Assembly (NCBI GenBank): GCA_043823435.1
Contig: JBDRAV010000002.1
Coordinates: forward strand, 61,755 to 125,754
Length of the DNA: 64,000 nucleotides
Reading direction: 5' to 3'
Source of the DNA: Candidatus Omnitrophota bacterium
GTDB lineage: Bacteria; Omnitrophota; Gorgyraeia; Gygaellales; Profunditerraquicolaceae
Part shown: piece after piece, positions 49,495 to 57,200 of the stretch
Layout of the letters: each line of letters begins with the position of its first letter
How positions within the stretch are numbered: the stretch's first letter is position 1
Notes under the pieces: model-generated
Seen by the model: only the letters and a program-made list of their open reading frames with translations
What the model was told of the DNA's origin: nothing
Database searches by the model: none
Translations under genes and position numbers: made by a program

Positions 49495-49700
49495 GTAAGG
49501 GGCATATAGGGTATCCCTATAAGATATATAATGAAAAATCATTAAAAGAATTTTTGGATATCCCCGGATTAATATTAGAGGATATAGATTATTTTATAAA
49601 AAAAGCGCCAGTTTGGATTAAAGCAAAAAGAGAGGATATTGAAGGCCTGGATAATACAATGGAAACCCGCGGAACGGTTTGCCTGAGTCTCAAAAAAACA
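49018..49700 (+). pseudogene. Putative frameshift-disrupted methyltransferase gene (N-terminal ORF plus out-of-frame C-terminal remainder)
   Basis: After ...GGRILLSFRTEAAM* the +2 frame reads 70 codons with no stop and no start (NVSKGHIGYPYKIYNEKSLKEFLD...CLSLKKT*), the expected missing length of a ~230-aa MTase. Confidence 0.35.
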
Positions 49701-49714
49701 TAAGGAGATAATAA

Positions 49715-49942
49715 ATGGATAATCAGTCTAACGAATATGTGCAGATCCCGATACCAGGTATAATTGTCGAAAAGATAAAGAAGCGCATCAAGGATACGGA
49801 GTTCTCTACGGTATCCGAATATGTAATGTTTATCCTGAAAGAGGTACTGGGCGAGGAAGATAAAAAGGATATGCTTACCGAAGAAGAGGAGAAAGAGGTA
49901 AAAGAAACCCTTAAGAAACTCGGGTATTTGAAAGATGAATAA
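49715..49942 (+). CDS. Small ribbon-helix-helix (CopG/Arc/MetJ-like) protein with a Lys/Glu-rich tail; overlaps the next gene start by 8 nt
   Basis: YVQIPIPGIIVEKIKKRI...TVSEYVMFILKEVL fits a beta-alpha-alpha RHH pattern; GGAG RBS (AAGGAGAT); 75 aa. Confidence 0.45.
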   Translation: MDNQSNEYVQIPIPGIIVEKIKKRIKDTEFSTVSEYVMFILKEVLGEEDKKDMLTEEEEKEVKETLKKLGYLKDE

Positions 49943-51047
49943 GCCGAATGTGATAGTTCTGACCGTAGATATGGTGCGTAATGACATGCTGGGCAAATTC
50001 CCGGCTTTTAGAAAGCTAAAAGAAAAAGGCGTGCTCTTTTCTCATATGATCACCTACGCCCCATATACGATAGCTTCGCTGCACGCCATCTTTACCGGTA
50101 TGTACGGAAGGGATACGAATGTCGATGCCTATTTCAAGCCGGTAAAATTTGACAAGGACCACTGTTATACCCTTACGCAGTACTTGAAGAAGGACGGCTA
50201 TTATACCGAGGCCGACGTGATGGCGGAGTTGACCATACCGCGCTACGGCTTCGATAAATTTACCGTTCATGACGAGCATAAGGATAACCTCCTGGAGCGG
50301 CACGAGGGGGTTATCGAAAGGGCTATGCGGCAGCAGGAGAGGTTCTTTCTTTACCTGCATTACAGCAATATACATACCGAGATAGTGAAGAACGTAATCA
50401 GGAGATATACCGATTTTGACGCAGGATATTTCGGAAAGATCGATGAGAACCGCGCACAATACGAGACTTATGTGCAAAAGGCATGCGATTACGTGGAAGG
50501 GGTCATTGAGCTTTTCGACAGGCATAATTTATGGGAGAACACCTTATTTATTGTGCTCTCTGACCATGGCTGCGGTATCGGCGAGAAACCGGGGGAAAAG
50601 GCATATGGGGTATATACCTATGATTATTCTATCAAGGTATTCTCTTTCTTCATATACCCGAAGTTTTTACCGCAGAACAAGGAGGTCGGTATCCAGGTAA
50701 GAAGCGTAGATATAATGCCTACGGTACTGGATATCCTGGGTATAGAACCCGATAATGCATATAAACAGATGAGAGGCGCATCATTGATGGAGATGATACG
50801 GGATAGAGATAGTACTGACAGGATCGCTTTCGCGGAAACCGGCGGACTCGAAGGCCCGTATCCGTCCCCCTATCAACCGAACGTAAAGTGCATACGTTCC
50901 AGGAAATGGAAGCTTATCTATAATAGCACAACCGGAGCAAAAGAGCTCTACGATCTGGAGAATGACCCTGGTGAGAAGGATAATTGCATAGATAAATATC
51001 CGGAGCCGGCGTCTGAGCTCTGGAGCGAACTTTCAAAGAATATATAA
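49935..51047 (+). CDS. Sulfatase-fold (PF00884-like) enzyme with Thr in place of the Cys/Ser-FGly nucleophile; predicted phospho- or sulfo-group transferase/hydrolase
   Basis: PNVIVLTVDMVRNDMLG and SDHGCGIGE blocks of the sulfatase fold; the nucleophile segment reads APYTIASLHAIFTG with no C/S-x-P-x-R. Confidence 0.65.
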   Translation: MNKPNVIVLTVDMVRNDMLGKFPAFRKLKEKGVLFSHMITYAPYTIASLHAIFTGMYGRDTNVDAYFKPVKFDKDHCYTLTQYLKKDGYYTEADVMAELTIPRYGFDKFTVHDEHKDNLLERHEGVIERAMRQQERFFLYLHYSNIHTEIVKNVIRRYTDFDAGYFGKIDENRAQYETYVQKACDYVEGVIELFDRHNLWENTLFIVLSDHGCGIGEKPGEKAYGVYTYDYSIKVFSFFIYPKFLPQNKEVGIQVRSVDIMPTVLDILGIEPDNAYKQMRGASLMEMIRDRDSTDRIAFAETGGLEGPYPSPYQPNVKCIRSRKWKLIYNSTTGAKELYDLENDPGEKDNCIDKYPEPASELWSELSKNI

Positions 51048-51051
51048 AATA

Positions 51052-52197
51052 ATGATACAGGCACACGGCGGAAAGCTGGTTAACAGGGTTTTATCCAAAG
51101 AGGATGTATCGCAGATAATCTCACGTTCCAGGTATCTTATGCATTTGAGGGTTGACCATGACACCCTGTTGGATTTAGAGAATATTGCGCTAGGTGTATA
51201 CAGCCCCTTAAAAGGATTTATGGCTGAGGATGAATTCAAGAGCGTGGTATTAAGAAGACGCCTGTCGGATGGGCTGCCTTGGACTATACCCATTGTATTG
51301 CCTGTTAGCAAGGCAGAAGCTAAGAAGCTTTCGCGTTCCGAGATATTGCTCTGTGACCAGGGTGGCCTCCCGATAGGCATTATCAAGCCAGGGGCCCCTT
51401 ACACCATACATAGGGCCAGGGCGGTAAAGCACATATTCGGAACAACCAGCATGAAACACCCCGGGGTGCATAAATTCTATCAGGGATCTGATATATTCCT
51501 GGGTGGCGAGATCTCGCTGATCCGCAAAAATAAATATCCTTTTTATGATTTTAACCTGGAGCCCGCCAAAACCAGGGAGTTGATCCGTAAGAAGAAGTGG
51601 AAGACGATAGCGGGGTTTCAGACCCGTAATATCCCGCACCGGGCGCATGAATTCCTGCAAAAGATAGGCCTCTCGGTGGTAGACGGTATCCTTATCCATC
51701 CTATTATCGGATGGAAGAAAAAAGGGGATTTTAACCCGGAGGTGATCATAAAGGCGTACCAGATACTCATCGAACACTACTATCCGCGTGACCGAGTGAT
51801 ATTCTCAGGGCTTGCTACGGCGATGAGGTATGCAGGCCCGCTGGAAGCGGTCTTCCACGCCATTATACGCAAGAATTTTGGATGTACCCACTTTATTGTA
51901 GGCAGGGACCACGCAGGGGTGGGAGGGTTTTACGATAAATATGCCGCGCACCGCATATTTGATAAGTTTCCCGATTTAGGGATAGTCCCCATGCTCTTAA
52001 ACGGCCCTTATTATTGCAAAAAGTGCCTGAGCGTGGTAAGCGACAAGATATGCCCGCATCGCGATACGCACAATATCGAGATAAGCGGTACGCTCATCCG
52101 CCGCATGATCTCCCGGGGAGAACGCATACCGGATGAATATCTGCGCGAAGAGGTCGGAGAGTTTATCTATAAGCATAAAGACAGGTGTTTTATCTGA
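51052..52197 (+). CDS. sat: Sulfate adenylyltransferase (ATP sulfurylase, homo-oligomeric type)
   Basis: QTRNIPHRAHEF and VGRDHAGVG signature motifs plus N-terminal PUA-like domain; 381 aa. Confidence 0.9.
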   Translation: MIQAHGGKLVNRVLSKEDVSQIISRSRYLMHLRVDHDTLLDLENIALGVYSPLKGFMAEDEFKSVVLRRRLSDGLPWTIPIVLPVSKAEAKKLSRSEILLCDQGGLPIGIIKPGAPYTIHRARAVKHIFGTTSMKHPGVHKFYQGSDIFLGGEISLIRKNKYPFYDFNLEPAKTRELIRKKKWKTIAGFQTRNIPHRAHEFLQKIGLSVVDGILIHPIIGWKKKGDFNPEVIIKAYQILIEHYYPRDRVIFSGLATAMRYAGPLEAVFHAIIRKNFGCTHFIVGRDHAGVGGFYDKYAAHRIFDKFPDLGIVPMLLNGPYYCKKCLSVVSDKICPHRDTHNIEISGTLIRRMISRGERIPDEYLREEVGEFIYKHKDRCFI

Positions 52198-52210
52198 AAG
52201 GAGAAGAGTA

Positions 52211-53671
52211 ATGGTAAAAATAATCTCCACAATAAGCCCGAAGACAGGTAGGCTTAAAGGGATAGACGTCGGAAGGATAAATTGCGCATTCGGCCCAAAA
52301 GAAGAGATCGCGCAGCTTGCCGGAAAGATAAAAGGCCCCTGGGGCTATCAATTACTACTGGACCTGCCGATCAACAGGAAGAAGATACGTACAAATGAAC
52401 TCTCTGCCGAAGAACTCATCGCCCTTGCCATACGCATAAAACCACAATATGTGGCTTTATCTTACGTAAAGTCCCACCGCGATATCGAAAGCTTCCGCAA
52501 GCACTTCGAGAAGACGGGGATACAAATAGTTTCTAAGATCGAGGCTGCCGAGGCGATGGAAGACCTGGACAGGATAATCCTTTTTTCGGACGCGGTAATG
52601 ATAGACAGGGGCGACCTTGCCGTTTCCATAGGTATAGAGAAACTGCACCAGGCGCAGAAGAGGATAGTGCGTAAATGCAATGAGCTCGGCAGGCAGGTCA
52701 TCGTAGCCACGGAGTTCCTCTTATCCATGGTTGACAATAATCAACCCACCAAGTCCGAGGTCGTGGATATAGCTAATGCCATCTCTGACGGCGCTGATTT
52801 CATAATGCTTTCCGAAGAGACCGCTATCGGTAATTTCTCGCAGCATTCTGTGGACGTGATCAAGAAGATCATCGCAGAGCTGGAGGACAAATATAAGGTA
52901 ATACTCCTTTCCGCCGGGGCTTCCATAGGGATGGGGGCGCTTACCGCACAACGCCATACCTGCCTTGTAGATATAGGCAATACGACTATCCTAGAGACGC
53001 AGCTGGCGGCTTGCAGGTATTGCAATATCAACGACGAAGATATCGTGATAGCCACGGGGAAAGGGGATTCGGCCATACGCGACTTCGTGCACCACAAACT
53101 TAAGAAAACAGATATAGAATTTGTTTATAACCCCTGGTATGAGAATTCCAATATGCTGGTTACGATATGGCTGGCGCGTGAATTTATCCGTAAGGGCTTT
53201 ATCGTGATTTACGGGGATGTTATTTTTGACCCCGAGATCTTAAAGCGAATCATCAAAAACCAGGACGACATCGTCCTGGGGGTGGAGAAGAAGAGGTGCG
53301 ACGAAGAGGATGAAAAGATCTGTATCAAAGACGGTATAATGACCCTGTCCAAGGAATACGCCAGCCTGCCGTTTCCCAGGCACAAGTGCATACCCGTCAA
53401 TGAAGCTTACGGAGAATTCATTGGTATCGCGAAGTTCAACCGATGGGGCGCTAATATACTTATAAATGAAATGGATAAGATCGTAAGAGAGAGCGACCTG
53501 AAGATCTATCTTATGGAGGCCTTTGAGCACCTTGCGGCAAAAGGGTATAGACTGAATATCGAAGATATCACCGGCCTTCCCTGGAATGACAATGATACCA
53601 TATATGACCTGAATTTAACGCGCGATAAGGTATTGCCAGATATGCGCAAAAGGCATAACCGCATTTTTTGA
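52211..53671 (+). CDS. Fusion protein: N-terminal pyruvate-kinase-like barrel domain (no PK C-terminal regulatory domain) plus C-terminal LicC/CTP:phosphocholine-cytidylyltransferase-like nucleotidyltransferase domain
   Basis: PK motifs KIISTISPKT, GRINCAFG, MIDRGDLAVSIGIEKL, VATEFLLSM, MLSEETAIG; then ILLSAGASIGMG...LVDIGNTTILETQL NT-domain G-loop and a ~230-aa NTP_transferase-like region; RBS AAGGAGAAGAG; start 14 nt after the sat stop. Confidence 0.7.
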   Translation: MVKIISTISPKTGRLKGIDVGRINCAFGPKEEIAQLAGKIKGPWGYQLLLDLPINRKKIRTNELSAEELIALAIRIKPQYVALSYVKSHRDIESFRKHFEKTGIQIVSKIEAAEAMEDLDRIILFSDAVMIDRGDLAVSIGIEKLHQAQKRIVRKCNELGRQVIVATEFLLSMVDNNQPTKSEVVDIANAISDGADFIMLSEETAIGNFSQHSVDVIKKIIAELEDKYKVILLSAGASIGMGALTAQRHTCLVDIGNTTILETQLAACRYCNINDEDIVIATGKGDSAIRDFVHHKLKKTDIEFVYNPWYENSNMLVTIWLAREFIRKGFIVIYGDVIFDPEILKRIIKNQDDIVLGVEKKRCDEEDEKICIKDGIMTLSKEYASLPFPRHKCIPVNEAYGEFIGIAKFNRWGANILINEMDKIVRESDLKIYLMEAFEHLAAKGYRLNIEDITGLPWNDNDTIYDLNLTRDKVLPDMRKRHNRIF

Positions 53672-53672
53672 T

Positions 53673-55433
53673 ATGCTTAAACCCGGTAAGAATATACTTA
53701 TAATACTGCTGTTTTTCATTATCGCCTCGATATTTACTTATCCGCTGGCCCTGAAGATGGATAAGGCGATACCGGGTTTTGGCAGTACGGACGAACCTTT
53801 TGCAGTAATATCTAATATGTGGTTAGTAAAATATAGCTCCCAGCGCGGGATAGACCTGAAGAATAATGACTATATAGCTTATCCTTTCGGAGTAGACCTG
53901 ACCGCTTACTGGGGGAGCTCATACCTTTGGGAATACCTAAAGAATACCCTGTCTTTTATCACAAGCCATATCGTTGCCTTTAATATCCTGATATTCATGA
54001 GTTTTATCCTTTCGGGGTGGTTCACTTACCTGTTGGTTTACCGCCTCACTGGTTCCGCTGTGGCAGGGATATTCTCCGGGGCGATATTCTCACTGTGCCC
54101 GTATCATTTTGCCCGTGTCTGGCAGCACCTGGCGCTTTCCCAGATCCAATGGATGCCGTTATATCTGTTAAGCCTGCTATCTTTCAAGGATAAGCCCGTT
54201 CCTAGAAATATATTTTTTGTCGCGGTATCTTTATTTTTAGTGGTTTCTTTTAATTTTTATTACGCCTATTTTATGGCGGTGGCGAGCGCCCTCTTCGTCG
54301 TTTTTATTATTAAGGAGAACGGTATTAGAAGGGCGGCGTTTAATTATATATCGAAACTTTTTCTTGCCTACTTGATAGTCTTGGTCATGATAGCACCTAA
54401 CCTGTGGGAGGTTTATAAGTATAAGAATTCATCCAGGCGCGATATCCCGCTTGAACATAATATTGCGCAGCGCCCCTTCGATGATTTATTTTCGCAATCC
54501 GCAAGGCCGTTAAGTTATATTTTACCTTCCAGCGAACACCCTCTTTTCGGGGGGATTGCCCGGATCTTCCTGGGCAGTAAATTATACGGCGAAAGCCTTA
54601 CGGAACATGCGCTTTATCTGGGGTGGATACCGCTTATTCTCGCTTTTATGGTTTATCGTAAGTGCAGGAAAGACGCGCATAAACTAAAATATAAGAAGGA
54701 TGTTTTCTGCCTCGATTTCTTTGTATGGCTTGCCGTTATCAGCTGGTTATTTTCGCAGCCCCCATGGTGGCAGATAGGTCCGTTTAGGGTATATATGCCG
54801 TCTTTTTTTATGTATAAAGCCCTGCCGATGTTCAGGGCATATTGCAGGTTCGGCGTAGTCCTGATGTTGGCAGTCGCGGTGCTGGCGGGTTTTGGCCTGA
54901 GGTACCTTTTGGAGCGTTATAATAATAAGGCGTTAAAAGGGGTACTGGTTACGGTCGTATTTGGCATGCTTTTCTTTGAGTTCCTGAACTTTCCGCCCCT
55001 CAAGGTCATAGAATTAGATAATTCCCCAGCGGTATACGAGTGGTTAAGCAAACAGAAGGGTGATTTTGCGGTAGCAGAATACCCGCTTGATTACCAGAGC
55101 CAAAACGTGTATTATTTATTCTATCAGACCGTGCACCGTAAAAAGATTATAAATGCTAGTAATCCCGGGACTTACGCCAGCAGTGTCGCGAAGCTTATCC
55201 GTACACTCTCCGATCCCGATACCGTTAAAATCCTGAATTGGATGGGGGTAAAGTATGTGATAGTCCATCGCGACGATTATATAAATACAGGGTTGATCGA
55301 TGAGATAGATGAGGCAAAGAAGATATCCTTTAACCCTCTGTTGAAATTTGTACGGAGTTTTCCTGATACGGATTTATACGCGATAAATACCCGCGAGAAA
55401 TTGGATCCGGAGACGTTGTTGCGTTCTCCATAA
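53673..55433 (+). CDS. Large polytopic membrane protein, putative GT-C-fold glycosyltransferase (YfhO/ArnT/PMT-like)
   Basis: About 12-14 TM helices, 586 aa, N-terminal FTYPLALKMDKAIPGFGSTDEP region resembling GT-C/YfhO proteins; no soluble-domain motifs found. Confidence 0.45.
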   Translation: MLKPGKNILIILLFFIIASIFTYPLALKMDKAIPGFGSTDEPFAVISNMWLVKYSSQRGIDLKNNDYIAYPFGVDLTAYWGSSYLWEYLKNTLSFITSHIVAFNILIFMSFILSGWFTYLLVYRLTGSAVAGIFSGAIFSLCPYHFARVWQHLALSQIQWMPLYLLSLLSFKDKPVPRNIFFVAVSLFLVVSFNFYYAYFMAVASALFVVFIIKENGIRRAAFNYISKLFLAYLIVLVMIAPNLWEVYKYKNSSRRDIPLEHNIAQRPFDDLFSQSARPLSYILPSSEHPLFGGIARIFLGSKLYGESLTEHALYLGWIPLILAFMVYRKCRKDAHKLKYKKDVFCLDFFVWLAVISWLFSQPPWWQIGPFRVYMPSFFMYKALPMFRAYCRFGVVLMLAVAVLAGFGLRYLLERYNNKALKGVLVTVVFGMLFFEFLNFPPLKVIELDNSPAVYEWLSKQKGDFAVAEYPLDYQSQNVYYLFYQTVHRKKIINASNPGTYASSVAKLIRTLSDPDTVKILNWMGVKYVIVHRDDYINTGLIDEIDEAKKISFNPLLKFVRSFPDTDLYAINTREKLDPETLLRSP

Positions 55434-55451
55434 CCATTAATAAGTACGGAT

Positions 55452-56186
55452 ATGCGTAGAAACAAGGTTACCGATATACAGACAGTTATATTATGCGGCG
55501 GAAAAGGTGCACGCATGGGGTTTCAGGATATCCCCAAGCCGATGTTCGGCATAGGAGAGAGGCCGATACTCTGGCATATCATGAATATATATGCGCATTA
55601 CGGTTTCAATGATTTTATCCTTTCGCTGGGTTATAAGAAAGAAATAATCAAGGAGTATTTCAGGGATTACCATGAATGGCATATCTGTTTTGCGGATACG
55701 GGGCTGGATACGAATACCGGAGGTAGGATCAAGAAGGTCGAACGCTTCATAAAGGGTGATACCTTCTTCGTAACTTACGGTGACGGGTTAAGCAATATAA
55801 ACCTGAATGCCCTGTTAGATTTTCATAAACGCCATAAAAAGATCGCAACTCTGGCTTCCGTACGGCCGTATTCACAGTTTGGCGTCATGAGTATTGATGC
55901 GCATACTGGAGTTGTCACAAATTTCCAGGAGAAGCCGGTATTAGATCACTGGATAAACGGTGGATTCTTTGTATTTAACCGCGAGGTATTCAGATACCTT
56001 AAGGTTACAGATATCCTGGAGAGCGATACCTTTTCAAGATTAGTAAAGGATAAAAACCTGGTTGCGTATAAGCATGCCGGGTTCTGGGAATGCATGGATA
56101 CCTATAAGGATAACTTACGTTTAAACCAGCTCTGGAAAGCAGGGAATGCGCCGTGGGCGGTATGGCGCAAAGGAAAGGGAAGATGA
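55452..56186 (+). CDS. rfbF: Glucose-1-phosphate cytidylyltransferase
   Basis: ILCGGKGARMGFQDIPKPMFGIGERPILWHIM is near-identical in pattern to RfbF/DdhA N-terminus; 244 aa. Confidence 0.85.
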   Translation: MRRNKVTDIQTVILCGGKGARMGFQDIPKPMFGIGERPILWHIMNIYAHYGFNDFILSLGYKKEIIKEYFRDYHEWHICFADTGLDTNTGGRIKKVERFIKGDTFFVTYGDGLSNINLNALLDFHKRHKKIATLASVRPYSQFGVMSIDAHTGVVTNFQEKPVLDHWINGGFFVFNREVFRYLKVTDILESDTFSRLVKDKNLVAYKHAGFWECMDTYKDNLRLNQLWKAGNAPWAVWRKGKGR

Positions 56187-57190
56187 AAGAAAATTTCTGG
56201 AAAAACAAGAGAGTTATCGTGACCGGAGCGAACGGATTTTTAGCCTCGCATTTAACGGTTTCTTTGCTGGATAGAGAAGCGATGGTCGTGGGCCTGGTCA
56301 AAGAGGCCATACCCGGTTCTCTTTTAGAAGCTAGGACAAAACGGCATAAGTATAAAGACTTGAAAATAATTAAAGGCGACATCGTTGACCGCGCATTTGT
56401 GAGGAAATGCTTTAAGGCGTATAAACCGCATTTTTGTTTTCATGTGGCAGCCCAGGCGATAGTCGGGAAGGCCAATAGGTCGCCCCTGTCTACCTTAAAG
56501 ACGAATATAGAGGGCACATGGAATATACTTGAAGCGGTAAGAGAATTATCCCCGGATACTAATATAATTGTAGCCTCAAGCGATAAGGCGTACGGAGAGC
56601 ATAAAATACTGCCCTATACAGAGTCAGCGGCTTTACAGGCGATGCACCCTTATGACGCGTCCAAGGCCTGCGCTGATATACTGACGCGTACTTACGCTCA
56701 TACCTATGGCCTCGCGGCAGCGGTGACCCGGTGCGCGAACATATACGGTCCGGGAGATTTGAATTTTTCGCGCATCATTCCGGATACCGTAAGGTCCGTA
56801 TTCCTGAAGAGGGATCCCGTGATACGCAGCGATGGGACGCCGCTTAGAGATTACATATTTGTCGATGATGTGGTTGATGCCTATCTGGTGCTGGCCAGGA
56901 GCCTCTATTTTTACAAGGATAAGGTCGCGGGAGAGGCTTTTAATTTCGGCAGCGGCAAGCCAGTAAGCGTTTTGGATCTCGTAAAATTAATCATAAGATT
57001 ATCCGGTTCCATGAACCTTAAGCCCCGTATCCTGAGTAAGCGCAAAATCAAGGGAGAGATAGATAGGCAGTATCTTTCAAGCAGCAAAGCGCATAAGGTA
57101 TTGAACTGGAGCCCGGAATATGGCTTAAGAGAGGGTTTAAGCAGGACTATGGCATGGTACCGTGATTATTTAAGAATAAAGCAGGATTGA
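56183..57190 (+). CDS. rfbG: CDP-glucose 4,6-dehydratase
   Basis: FWKNKRVIVTGANGFLASHL, catalytic YDASKACADIL (YxxxK); start overlaps the rfbF stop (ATGA). Confidence 0.8.
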   Translation: MKENFWKNKRVIVTGANGFLASHLTVSLLDREAMVVGLVKEAIPGSLLEARTKRHKYKDLKIIKGDIVDRAFVRKCFKAYKPHFCFHVAAQAIVGKANRSPLSTLKTNIEGTWNILEAVRELSPDTNIIVASSDKAYGEHKILPYTESAALQAMHPYDASKACADILTRTYAHTYGLAAAVTRCANIYGPGDLNFSRIIPDTVRSVFLKRDPVIRSDGTPLRDYIFVDDVVDAYLVLARSLYFYKDKVAGEAFNFGSGKPVSVLDLVKLIIRLSGSMNLKPRILSKRKIKGEIDRQYLSSSKAHKVLNWSPEYGLREGLSRTMAWYRDYLRIKQD

Positions 57191-57200
57191 CCGGATATAA

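Noticed and set aside
49589-49996. 135-aa minus-strand ORF across the RHH gene and intergenic spacer
   Set aside because: Low-complexity F/L-rich translation antisense to a Lys/Glu-rich coding region; no RBS. The + strand RHH ORF has a good RBS and fold pattern.
50016-50525. 169-aa minus-strand ORF inside the sulfatase-fold gene
   Set aside because: Antisense shadow ORF.
49935-51047. Annotation as a formylglycine-dependent arylsulfatase needing anSME maturation
   Set aside because: Nucleophile position is Thr within APYTIASLHAI, with no C/S-x-P-x-R motif. The protein fits the Thr-nucleophile phosphotransferase/LTA-synthase-like branch of the fold better.
51250-51777. 175-aa minus-strand ORF inside sat
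   Set aside because: Antisense to a high-confidence ATP sulfurylase.
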